Source: a virus
Taxonomy: Duplodnaviria; Caudoviricetes
Strand: one strand, 5' to 3'
Length of the DNA: 64,000 bases
Virus record (IMG/VR): IMGVR_UViG_2721755553_000003
Coordinates: 236-64,235 of that record
The notes beneath the pieces were generated by a model. It was not told the DNA's origin. It saw only the letters and a list, made by a program, of their open reading frames with translations, and ran no database searches. Positions 28,971-36,788 of this stretch are shown one piece after another (positions within the stretch are counted from its first letter, which is position 1; each line of letters starts with the position of its first letter). A program made the translations under genes and the position numbers.

Positions 28971-29364
28971 CCTTCCCGCTGACCTCGTTCTGGCGCTTGT
29001 TGGTGAAGGCGTCGCCGCACTCCCGAGCAGCCTGCTCCAGGAGGTTCGCCGCCAAGCTCATGTTGCCCTGCGCCTCGGCCTTGTTGACCATGCGATCCAG
29101 GCGCCGGAGCCGCACCATCCGGTGCGACACGCCGATCGCGGCCTGGTCTGCGAGGAAGCGCTCGCGCGTCGCGGCGAAGAGAGCCTTCAGCTCCTCCGAG
29201 AGCCGCTGCCCCTGGACCTTGTTCGGGTCGTAGGCCTCGACCGCCTGCCGCGTTACGGACACGGCGAACTCGTCCTTGACGGCCGACACCACCGCCGAGG
29301 GGGCGTCGAAGCACGCAAGCTGTTGGACGATGAAGGTTTTCACCTCATCCGGGAGCGTGGTCAC
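28903..29364 (-). CDS. terS: Terminase small subunit (DUF2280-like)
   Basis: FIVQQLACFDAPS.V..AVKDEF; LEQAARECGDAFTN; upstream of terL. Confidence 0.8.
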   Translation of the reverse strand: MTTLPDEVKTFIVQQLACFDAPSAVVSAVKDEFAVSVTRQAVEAYDPNKVQGQRLSEELKALFAATRERFLADQAAIGVSHRMVRLRRLDRMVNKAEAQGNMSLAANLLEQAARECGDAFTNKRQNEVSGKDGQPLLAGGIAVTFIDGPGKPS

Positions 29365-29394
29365 GGCCGCGAATCCGTCAACGCTGGGTCAATC

Positions 29395-30027
29395 TCAGAC
29401 GCGCCGGCCGCAGGTGCCGCACGCGCCGACGATGTCCGCCTCGCACACGATCGGGGGCCGGTTGGCCGCCTCGACCAGCGCCGCGGTCTGGCCCGCCGCC
29501 GCGCCGACGCCGTAGCGGGCGACGACGCCGACGAACTCCTCGACGTCGTGGCCGCGCATCGTGAAGATCGGCCGGCCCGACGCCTTCGAGAACCGCGGGG
29601 CGCCGAACGCGTCCTTCGCCTGGGCGCAGTGGTAGAGCTCGTGCTCGACGAGGGAGCAGAACGTGGCGTCGTCGGCCTGGTCCGCGAAGCCGGCGTCGAG
29701 CGTGATCATGAAGTCCGGGACGAGGCCGAACCACGCCTCGACCTGCTGGAAGAACCGGGCCCGGGCCCACTTCCCGCCCTGGATGGACGGGATCTCGGCC
29801 TGTCCGACGACACCGTTCCCGCCGCGCGCGTTCGGCACGGACGTCCACATGAAGCCGAGCGTCGCCTCGCGGAGGTGCGCGTGCTCCTCGTTCAGCACCA
29901 CCGCGTCCTCGCTGATGAAGGCGGCCCGGGCCCAGGTCTCCAACTCGGGGGCGGGCTCGAACGGGAGCGCCGTGAGCGCGCCTTCCTGTCCGAGCAGCCG
30001 CTCCGGCGGGCGAGGGCGAGCCAGCAT
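29395..30027 (-). CDS. Putative phage metallopeptidase
   Basis: LVEHELYH (HExxH) and GHDVEEF motifs. Confidence 0.8.
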   Translation of the reverse strand: MLARPRPPERLLGQEGALTALPFEPAPELETWARAAFISEDAVVLNEEHAHLREATLGFMWTSVPNARGGNGVVGQAEIPSIQGGKWARARFFQQVEAWFGLVPDFMITLDAGFADQADDATFCSLVEHELYHCAQAKDAFGAPRFSKASGRPIFTMRGHDVEEFVGVVARYGVGAAAGQTAALVEAANRPPIVCEADIVGACGTCGRRV

Positions 30028-30332
30028 CAGCCCTTCCGCCGCTCGCAGAACGTCTTGTGCGTCCCACCGGCGGGCAGGCTCAGATGCGTGGCCAGCAGCG
30101 TGCCGACCATCGGGCACTCGGTGACCAGCGCCACCGGCTGGGTGAGCACGTCGAGCGCGGTCTCGCGGGTGCAGTCCGGGCCCTCGACACCGGCCGGGCA
30201 GGCGAGGGCGCCAGCCAGGAAGCCGGAGGAGGCGGCCTGCGCGGGGCGGTCGAACACCCACACCCAGGCCCAGCCGGCGACGAGCACCAGGACGATGCCG
30301 GCGAGGTGCCGGAAGCCGACGACGCCCTTCAC
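30027..30332 (-). CDS. Small membrane/secreted protein with Cys pairs
   Basis: GTG start overlapping the upstream stop; N-terminal TM. Confidence 0.6.
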   Translation of the reverse strand: MKGVVGFRHLAGIVLVLVAGWAWVWVFDRPAQAASSGFLAGALACPAGVEGPDCTRETALDVLTQPVALVTECPMVGTLLATHLSLPAGGTHKTFCERRKG

Positions 30333-30472
30333 GACCGGGCCTCTCGGACCTCGGCGCCGACCGTGAAGAGGCCGGACATCAGGAGGTCGAACTGGAAATC
30401 GGCGTGCTGGCCGCCGTCGAACAGCACCCAGCCGGCCATCGCCAGCCAGACGAGCGAGCAGAGCCGCAGCAT
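30329..30472 (-). CDS. Hydrophobic microprotein (47 aa)
   Basis: Own translation MLRLCSLVWLAMAGWVLFDG...; coupled at both ends. Confidence 0.5.
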   Translation of the reverse strand: MLRLCSLVWLAMAGWVLFDGGQHADFQFDLLMSGLFTVGAEVREARS

Positions 30473-30645
30473 CAGTGCACCGCCCGGGACGGCATGTCGC
30501 CGAACAGGAGCGTGAGGCGCTCGGCCGACACGCGGACGTCATCGGGGAGGGCGGGCCGGATCATCACGAAGGCGGCCGGGCGCCGGGGGCGAAGGGCCGC
30601 CGCAGCGATCCCGGCGAGCAGGATGGCCGCGCAGAGGCGGGGCAT
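30472..30645 (-). CDS. Microprotein (57 aa)
   Basis: Own translation MPRLCAAILLAGIAAAAL...; TGATG coupling at both ends. Confidence 0.5.
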   Translation of the reverse strand: MPRLCAAILLAGIAAAALRPRRPAAFVMIRPALPDDVRVSAERLTLLFGDMPSRAVH

Positions 30646-30764
30646 CAGTGCTCGTAGCCCTTCGCGATCACGGACAGGATCAGGATCGCCACACCGGCGG
30701 CGGCCGCGAGCGCGACGAGGGCGGCGATGCCGCCGATGACACCGGCAACGACGGACATGCTCAT
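30645..30764 (-). CDS. Single-TM microprotein (39 aa)
   Basis: MSMSVVAGVIGGIAALVALAAAAGVAILILSVIAKGYEH; GGGGAG SD. Confidence 0.55.
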   Translation of the reverse strand: MSMSVVAGVIGGIAALVALAAAAGVAILILSVIAKGYEH

Positions 30765-30943
30765 CTCCCCTGGTGGACGCCGAAGCACCGGAGCGCCTCG
30801 TCGTAGGACAGCTTCGGGACTGGGCCGGCCGGCGCGCCGAGGTCGGAGCCGGTCGACAGAACGCGCTCGCCGCGGTGGACGATCGGCGCGGGCGCGGCCG
30901 GCTCGCCGCGGAGCAGCCAACGGAGGACGAGGCGCTTCAGCAT
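30761..30943 (-). CDS. Microprotein (60 aa)
   Basis: Coupled ORF. Confidence 0.5.
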   Translation of the reverse strand: MLKRLVLRWLLRGEPAAPAPIVHRGERVLSTGSDLGAPAGPVPKLSYDEALRCFGVHQGR

Positions 30944-31164
30944 GACCGGGCCCGCAGCATCGCCATGGAGCGGCGGACCTCGAACTCGCCGGCCCGGGCC
31001 TCGTCGAACGGGGTCTCGGCTGGGAGCTGGACCGGCGCCGGGATCAGGCCCTGGCGGCGGAGATGGTCGCCGTAGGCCTGGGCCGCCGGGTCGCGCTGGA
31101 GGCGCTGCGCGTGGCGGAGCGCCCGGTCCGCGTCGGCCGGGGTGAAGTCCGGGCGCGCGGTCAC
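30937..31164 (-). CDS. Small hypothetical protein (75 aa)
   Basis: GTG start overlapping the upstream stop. Confidence 0.5.
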   Translation of the reverse strand: MTARPDFTPADADRALRHAQRLQRDPAAQAYGDHLRRQGLIPAPVQLPAETPFDEARAGEFEVRRSMAMLRARSC

Positions 31165-31331
31165 GCGATGCCGAGGCGCTTGTGCGAGATGCGGCGCCAG
31201 CCCTTGGTCGGGTGCAGGATCTCGATGGCGTTCGGCAGGTAGCGGATGGCCGCGATGCGCTTCGGCGCGATCAGGTTCCACAGGGCGTCGACCCGCGCGC
31301 GGTGAGCGGCGGCCTGGAAGTGCACGTTCAT
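31161..31331 (-). CDS. Microprotein (56 aa)
   Basis: Own translation MNVHFQAAAHRARVDALWNL...HPTKGWRRISHKRLGIA. Confidence 0.55.
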   Translation of the reverse strand: MNVHFQAAAHRARVDALWNLIAPKRIAAIRYLPNAIEILHPTKGWRRISHKRLGIA

Positions 31332-31343
31332 GTGGGTCTTTCG

Positions 31344-32201
31344 TCAGCCGATGATCGCGGCGTGGGCGCCCGGCTGCAGGACGTGCGTCTCGGTCCCGTT
31401 CCAGCGGAACAGATACTCGATCGCGCCGCGATATTTCGGGTTGTCGGTCACGTACGCGACCGTGGAGACGGCCCAGCGGCCGCCCTTCGGCGCCGGGATG
31501 CCCTCGGCGTTCAAGCCGTCGGCGATGGCCTGGAGCGTCCGCTTCCGGCGGCGCTCCTGGTAGATCCGGCGGACGATGCGCGCCTGCTCCGGGACGACCC
31601 GGAGGCCGCCTTCCAGATCCTTCGTGTAGCCGTAGGGCGCCTGGCCCCCGGCAAAGCCGCCCTTGCCCGCCTTGGCCACCCGGCCGCCGGCGGTCCGGTC
31701 CCGGATCACGAACCGCTCGTTCTCCGCCATGCCGGCGAAGATCGCGAAGAAGGTCCGCCCCATCGGGTTCGAGGTGTCGATCACCGATTCCGTGACCGAC
31801 CGGAAGGCGACCTCGTGCTGCTCGGCGAGATCCGAGACCGTCGTCATGGCGTGGCGGATGTCGCGGGACAGCCGGTCGATCTTCGCCACCAGCAGCACGT
31901 CGAAGGCCTTGGCCGCGGCGAGCTCCAGCGCCTGCCCGAAGGCGGGGCGATCTGCCGGCCGGGTTGCGCCCGAGACGCCTGGGTCGGTGAGGACCTCGAT
32001 CAGCTCGTAGCCCTGGCTCTCGGCGAAGGAGCGGACCGCCTTCTCCTGCGCCTCAAGCCCGTGGCCGGTCGCGGCCTGCTCTTCCGTCGAGACCCGCAGG
32101 TAACCGAGCGCCCGGACGGCGCTGGCTGCCTTCGTCTCGGTCTGGATTTTATTCCGGGCCCGCTGGCGGCCCACACGGCGTGAGCCCGAAACCACCTGCA
32201 A
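31344..32201 (-). CDS. Serine recombinase (resolvase catalytic domain plus Recombinase domain)
   Basis: YLRVSTEEQ (catalytic Ser), KIDRLSR, PYGY, IADGLNAEGI. Confidence 0.9.
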   Translation of the reverse strand: MQVVSGSRRVGRQRARNKIQTETKAASAVRALGYLRVSTEEQAATGHGLEAQEKAVRSFAESQGYELIEVLTDPGVSGATRPADRPAFGQALELAAAKAFDVLLVAKIDRLSRDIRHAMTTVSDLAEQHEVAFRSVTESVIDTSNPMGRTFFAIFAGMAENERFVIRDRTAGGRVAKAGKGGFAGGQAPYGYTKDLEGGLRVVPEQARIVRRIYQERRRKRTLQAIADGLNAEGIPAPKGGRWAVSTVAYVTDNPKYRGAIEYLFRWNGTETHVLQPGAHAAIIG

Positions 32202-32242
32202 GCCTCTGTATTTGTTGACGTTTTAGCGTCTAAATGGCCGAT

Positions 32243-32272
32243 ATTTCCAAGATCTCAGGAGACCTTGGAAAT
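32243..32272. repeat. Inverted repeat upstream of the recombinase (candidate res/operator site)
   Basis: ATTTCCAAG-atctc-ag-gagac-CTTGGAAAT in an AT-rich patch. Confidence 0.65.
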
Positions 32273-32282
32273 GGCCTCGAAA

Positions 32283-32525
32283 TCAGGCCGCCCGGCGCCG
32301 CCTCGCGACGGTGAACGGCTTGCCCTTCTCGCTCTGTCCGGACAGGCCGAAGGTACGCTTCTCGACGGTCCCGATCAGCGGCCGAAGCTGGCGGATCAAC
32401 GACCGGATGCGCCGGCAGTGATGGTCGCGCGCGGCGAGGTCGACGTCCTGGCGCCCGGTCGCGCGCAGGCGGCAGAGCGCGAGGCTCTCCTCCTCGATCG
32501 CGGTGACGATAGCGTGGGCGCTCAT
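32283..32525 (-). CDS. Hypothetical protein (80 aa)
   Basis: ORF between the tRNA and the recombinase. Confidence 0.55.
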   Translation of the reverse strand: MSAHAIVTAIEEESLALCRLRATGRQDVDLAARDHHCRRIRSLIRQLRPLIGTVEKRTFGLSGQSEKGKPFTVARRRRAA

Positions 32526-32602
32526 CGGGGACCGATCATGACATGGAACACCGCCCGCGTCTCACGGGGCAACGCCTAAGCTGTTGAGCGGGTTCGAAGA
32601 GA

Positions 32603-32678
32603 TGGCTGGAACGGCAGGGCTCGAACCTGCGACCACCCCGTTAACAGCGGGGCGCTCTACCGACTGAGCTACATTCCA
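32603..32678 (-). tRNA. tRNA-Asn (GTT), CCA encoded
   Basis: 76 nt; acceptor UGGAAUG/CGUUCCA; anticodon stem CCCCG-CT GTT AA-CGGGG; T-loop TTCGA. Confidence 0.95.
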
Positions 32679-32690
32679 ACGCGGACATGC

Positions 32691-32721
32691 AAACGCCCGG
32701 CGGCTTTTCAGCCCCGGGCGT
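32691..32721 (-). terminator. Terminator-like hairpin between late promoter copy 1 and tRNA-Asn
   Basis: acgcccgg-ggct-GAAA-agcc-g-ccgggcgt followed by a short U run. Confidence 0.6.
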
Positions 32722-32750
32722 GCGTCTCGCGACTTGAACGGAATGCCGGT

Positions 32751-32768
32751 TTTCGCCCGACGGGTCAA
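32751..32768 (-). promoter_or_regulatory. Putative late promoter element, copy 1 (TTGACCCGTCGGGCGAAA)
   Basis: 16/18 match to the other two copies; extra half-site CGACGGGCGAAC at 32780-32791. Confidence 0.72.
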
Positions 32769-33004
32769 GGATCCATCCCGTTCGCCCGTCGCCACGCGGC
32801 ATAGAACGCCTCGTCTCGTACCCAGGTCGCCTCGACGGTCACCGTGGAATCGGAGACGCGCTTCCAGAAGCGGTGCGCGGCCGGCGACCGCGCGGCCAGC
32901 ATCCGGTCGGCCGCGAAGCGGTTGAGGCGCTCGTACCGGACGCGCGGCCGTTCCACCCGCCGCATCCCGAGCGGCGGATAGACCGTGAGGTGGCCGCTGC
33001 ACAC
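32765..33004 (-). CDS. Hypothetical protein (79 aa)
   Basis: GTG 4 nt after the upstream stop; its stop codon overlaps the promoter -35. Confidence 0.55.
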   Translation of the reverse strand: MCSGHLTVYPPLGMRRVERPRVRYERLNRFAADRMLAARSPAAHRFWKRVSDSTVTVEATWVRDEAFYAAWRRANGMDP

Positions 33005-33008
33005 GCTG

Positions 33009-33923
33009 TCAGGCCTCCCCGCCGACCCGGCAGCGCGCCGCCACGATGTCCCGCACCCGCCCGCGACCCGCGATGGCTCGCTGGACGTCCGGCTTGGCCT
33101 GCGGGGCGTAGCGCGCTTCCTCGGCGCCCCAGTACTGCCCGTGGCCGGCCGGGACAGCTCGCCCGCGCGCGTCGGTCTCCTCGCCGGTCTTCTGGCCCTG
33201 GAAGAACCGCTCCTGCACATTCGCCACGCCCTCGGCCGCGAAGTCCTCGTCGAGGTTCTCCATCAGGATCCGGAAGTGCTCCGCGATGTACGCGGTGCCG
33301 CGGTCGCCGCCCTTGCCGCGGGCCTCGGCGAACTGCGCGAAGGTCTGCCGGCCGGTGAGGACCTCGTGGAGGAATCGCGCCCCGGGGACGCCGACGGCGC
33401 GGACGACCTTGTCCTTCAGCTTCGCCACCAGCCGGGCGTCGTCGATCGCGTAGATGACCGACAGCTCGTGAGCGATGGTCATGTCCTTCGAGCCGCGCAC
33501 CCCGAAGTCCATGGAGCCGAGCCTGGCGCCGGAGGCGCGCTCGAAGATCGCTTGGACCTGGCGCCCGACCTCGTACTGCGAGACGGTGAGGCGCCCGTGC
33601 GAGCGTTCCATCTCCAGCACGTCGACCCGGCGGTTGACAGCGGCGAGGCTACGGCCGCCCGGGGTCCAGGGATCGTCGACCGCGACGGCCGCGGTCTCGA
33701 TCGGGCCCCGCTTGCCCCGGACCGGCTTCGACAGGTCGGTGCGCGGGTCGAAGGCGCCGGCGTGGTCGTACCGATCGCCGCGCGGATCCCGGCGCCGCTC
33801 CGGCTTGGCCGCGCGCACGTGGGTGTGGGTGGCCGGCGAGCCGGCGAGGGTGATGGCCTTGGTCCTGGACGCTGCCACGGTGGTGCCCCTTGAGGCGGTC
33901 GACCTTCCGTCGATCCGTGACAC
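33009..33923 (-). CDS. Candidate late transcription regulator (DUF6456-like from memory)
   Basis: L...GRL...Q..VG......FERA pattern; Q-equivalent position before the late promoter. Confidence 0.55.
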   Translation of the reverse strand: MSRIDGRSTASRGTTVAASRTKAITLAGSPATHTHVRAAKPERRRDPRGDRYDHAGAFDPRTDLSKPVRGKRGPIETAAVAVDDPWTPGGRSLAAVNRRVDVLEMERSHGRLTVSQYEVGRQVQAIFERASGARLGSMDFGVRGSKDMTIAHELSVIYAIDDARLVAKLKDKVVRAVGVPGARFLHEVLTGRQTFAQFAEARGKGGDRGTAYIAEHFRILMENLDEDFAAEGVANVQERFFQGQKTGEETDARGRAVPAGHGQYWGAEEARYAPQAKPDVQRAIAGRGRVRDIVAARCRVGGEA

Positions 33924-33973
33924 CTGATCTGCGTCCCGTTTTTGGACACACGCAAGCGTGATCTATGCCTGCG

Positions 33974-34390
33974 TCACTCCTGCTTGCCCGTGACCTTTGC
34001 GTTCCAGGCATCGGCGAGGCGGTGGCAGGCGCGCTTCCGGCGCCGGTCGAAGGTGCGCCGCTGGACGCCGACCTCGCTGCAGTAATCGGTGACGGTGCCC
34101 CCGGGGACCTCCCGCAGCAGCCGGAGCCGACGGTGTCGCCGGATCCGGCGCCGCGCCTTGGCCCGGGCCCAGGTGAGGAGCGCGATCCGCTCCGGGCTGG
34201 CCGCGCCCAGGATCTCGGCGGAGAACACGATCCAATCGAAGGTCGCCCGCATCTCCTGCGGGTCGTTCGGCTGCAGCCGGTTCGGGCGGACGCTGAAGAT
34301 GCCCGAGCTGGTGAAGGCCATGAACGCCGCCACCAGCCACCGCTCCACATCAGCCGGCGCGAACGGAACGCTCTCTGACCTTCGATTCAT
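33974..34390 (-). CDS. Hypothetical protein with C-terminal HTH (DUF6362-like from memory)
   Basis: VERWLVAAF...LLTWARAK...GVQRRTFDRRRKRAC. Confidence 0.65.
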   Translation of the reverse strand: MNRRSESVPFAPADVERWLVAAFMAFTSSGIFSVRPNRLQPNDPQEMRATFDWIVFSAEILGAASPERIALLTWARAKARRRIRRHRRLRLLREVPGGTVTDYCSEVGVQRRTFDRRRKRACHRLADAWNAKVTGKQE

Positions 34391-35006
34391 CTCGTGGAGT
34401 CGTGAGCGCCCGATGAGGATCCCACCCGGCGACCAGACGCTGGCGGACGGTGGCGGTCGAAACGGGCGCCTGTTCGCAGGCGTCCAGAAGAAGCATGTGC
34501 TCGCCGTTGTGGTCGACGAACCTGTTAGCGCGCGTGTTGCGCATCTGCTCTGACCACGTGGCCCACCGGCAGTTGCCCGGCTCATAGTTCCCGTCGTTGT
34601 TCACGCGCTCCAGACTATGATCAGAAGACGGTCGCAGCCCCATATCAGCAATGAAGTTGTCCACCGATGCGGCCCAACGCTCGCATACGCAAATGCCGCG
34701 GGCGCCATAGTTGCAGTACGCAGCATCCTCAGGGTCGGTGCAGCGCTGGATCATATGGCGCCAGATGCCGTACTCGGATGTTCTTGAGAGCCCGTGGCGG
34801 AACTTGCCGTTGCCGGATCCGCGGCGTGAACAGCCGCAACTCTTCGTCATGCCTCGCACGACATCGCGCACGCGCAGGTCTTTCTCGACGCCGCAGGTGC
34901 ACCGGAACAAGAACCGCTGAAGGCTGGATTTTGGATCACGAGGCCGAGGAGCGACGGCCGTGAACAAGCCAAAGCGGTCTCCTGGGCTGACGGCGATACG
35001 ATTCAT
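34350..35006 (-). CDS. HNH homing-type endonuclease
   Basis: CTCG..KSCGC; YGARGI; SLERVNNDGNYEPGNCRWAT. Confidence 0.85.
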   Translation of the reverse strand: MNRIAVSPGDRFGLFTAVAPRPRDPKSSLQRFLFRCTCGVEKDLRVRDVVRGMTKSCGCSRRGSGNGKFRHGLSRTSEYGIWRHMIQRCTDPEDAAYCNYGARGICVCERWAASVDNFIADMGLRPSSDHSLERVNNDGNYEPGNCRWATWSEQMRNTRANRFVDHNGEHMLLLDACEQAPVSTATVRQRLVAGWDPHRALTTPRDESKVRERSVRAG

Positions 35007-35100
35007 GGGCTGACCTCATTCTTCCGCGCACGTCATGGCCGGCGGGTCCGGGCCTTCGATCCTCAGCGGGTTCGCCATCAGCACCGGGTACGCGCTCTCC

Positions 35101-35406
35101 CTACGCGGCCGAGCGGCCGAACAGGTCAGCCGCCGGCGGATTGGCCCGGGCGGGCGCGGCCGGCATCGGAGGCACCGCCACGCGCGCCTCGACGATCGCG
35201 CGGCAGTCCGGATCGGCGCACGACCACATGCCGTCGCTGCGATTCCGGAAGACGCCGAAGCCGAACGAGGCGCCGAACACCCCGCAGGACGCGCAGGTCC
35301 GGTCGACACCTCCCTTCGCCGCTCGCTCCGCAGCCTCCTCAGCCGCGCGCCGCTCCGCCTCGCGGCGATGAAGCTCCGCCTTCCAGATGTCGGGGCGCTT
35401 GCTCAT
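35101..35406 (-). CDS. Small Zn-finger-like protein
   Basis: CASCG...WSCADPDC. Confidence 0.6.
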   Translation of the reverse strand: MSKRPDIWKAELHRREAERRAAEEAAERAAKGGVDRTCASCGVFGASFGFGVFRNRSDGMWSCADPDCRAIVEARVAVPPMPAAPARANPPAADLFGRSAA

Positions 35407-36152
35407 GCCAGCACCCGCTTGCGGTCGAGGCTTGCCATGAGGTGCGAGACGTCCAGGGTGCGGAGCGGCGCCACGATCTCGGCGTCGGAGGGGCGGGGGA
35501 TCGGCGGTGAGGTGCCGCGCTCCGTCCCGCCGGCGATGAGCAGGCTGTTCGGCGCAGCCGCGATGTCGTCGAGCACCTTCTGGCGCTCGGCATCCGAGAT
35601 TGGCCGGTACGGCACCGCGTTGAGGACCTCCACCAGCCCGGCGATCTCGGCGTGGATCTCGTCGAGCGACCGCCTCGTCTCCGCGGCGAGCTGCGGCGGC
35701 GTCGGGCAGCGCTCACCGGTCCACGGGAGCAGGGTCTTGCCCCCGAGGAAGCGAGCGGCCGCCTCACGAACGGCCCACGTGGGCAGCTCGGCGAGGGCTC
35801 GGACATAGAGGTTCGCCGTGGCCCGGGCACCGTCGGCAGCCACGCCGAAGGTCGGGAACGCGGCCAGCAGCGCCAGGACGACGTCGCGTTTCGCCACCTG
35901 TCCAGGCCTCGGATCCTCACCGTCGGAGAGGCCGGCCCGGAGCGCGGCGAGGCGATCCGTCATCACGCCGCGGTCCGTCGCGGTCGGGGCTTGGTCCGCC
36001 CGGATCGCAGGCGGCACGCCATAGCCGCCGCTGCGGTCTAGGCGGTTGCGGTAGATCGCGACCACCACGTCACCGGCCCGCGTTGCGGCCGCCGGCCGCG
36101 AGGCGATGGACGTTTCCGTGTTCGGCGCGATGCTGGCTGGAACCTGGGTCAT
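35403..36152 (-). CDS. Replication accessory protein (P-like position)
   Basis: Y..ALAELPTWAV..AA..F...CPTPPQL; follows the initiator. Confidence 0.6.
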   Translation of the reverse strand: MTQVPASIAPNTETSIASRPAAATRAGDVVVAIYRNRLDRSGGYGVPPAIRADQAPTATDRGVMTDRLAALRAGLSDGEDPRPGQVAKRDVVLALLAAFPTFGVAADGARATANLYVRALAELPTWAVREAAARFLGGKTLLPWTGERCPTPPQLAAETRRSLDEIHAEIAGLVEVLNAVPYRPISDAERQKVLDDIAAAPNSLLIAGGTERGTSPPIPRPSDAEIVAPLRTLDVSHLMASLDRKRVLA

Positions 36153-36783
36153 GGGAACCCCCGTGGTCGTCGAGGAGAGCGTCGAGGAAGCCGTTGCCGG
36201 TGCCGCGGCGGGTCGGGGCGTCTCGGGGACGGACCTGGCGGCGGGTGGATTCGCGGAGGCGGTTTCGAAGCGTGGCGAGCCAGTCGAGCTTCATGCCGCG
36301 GGCGCCGGGAACGCCGACCCAGAAATCCTGAAACTCGGCCAGCGCCTCCTCGACGTCTCGGCCGGCGAGGCCAGCATCGAGGCAGGCCTGCCGGGCTTCC
36401 GGACGGAGACCGAAATCGACCGGGATGCGGGTGCCCCGATGCCGGTCCGCCCCCTTGGGGGCAGAGGACCCTTTAGGGTCCGAGGGGGAATCCCCTGGGG
36501 GTGTAGTTTTAGGGGGTGCGGGGGACCTTTTAGGGGGCGTAACGCCGTTACTCGCGTTATCGGCGTTACTTCCGTTACGTTCGCCGTTACGCGCGTTACG
36601 CCGGGCCCGGAAGGCGGCCTGCCGGAGGCGGTTGCCCTCGCGGTTCGCCTCGATGCGCGCCCGCTCCGCCTCGGCGGCCGTGACATGCTCACGGGCCAGT
36701 TCGGAGCGAACGACGACGAGGATCTGCTCCGGGCTGATGCCGGCGGCGACCATGGCGTCGATCATCTCTGCGGTGACGGCCAT
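36070..36783 (-). CDS. Replication initiator (O-like) containing origin repeats
   Basis: RGTRIP.DF; F.DFW....G....KLDW.AT.RN; internal iteron-like repeats. Confidence 0.7.
   Translation of the reverse strand: MAVTAEMIDAMVAAGISPEQILVVVRSELAREHVTAAEAERARIEANREGNRLRQAAFRARRNARNGERNGSNADNASNGVTPPKRSPAPPKTTPPGDSPSDPKGSSAPKGADRHRGTRIPVDFGLRPEARQACLDAGLAGRDVEEALAEFQDFWVGVPGARGMKLDWLATLRNRLRESTRRQVRPRDAPTRRGTGNGFLDALLDDHGGSHDPGSSQHRAEHGNVHRLAAGGRNAGR
36507..36599. repeat. Candidate phage origin: six CGTTA(C/T) repeats plus two TTTTAGGGGG
   Basis: Repeats at 36546, 36555, 36564, 36573, 36585, 36594; inverted copy 36539-36544; TTTTAGGGGG at 36507 and 36528. Confidence 0.7.
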
Positions 36784-36788
36784 GGCAG

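Noticed and set aside
29376-29392. TTGACCC before terS as a fourth late promoter
   Set aside because: Lacks the CGGGCGAA spacer and leaves no room for a -10 element.
26080-30366. Long plus-strand ORFs (26080-27669, 27609-28931, 28699-30366)
   Set aside because: Antisense shadows of portal and terminase in high-GC DNA; no motifs.
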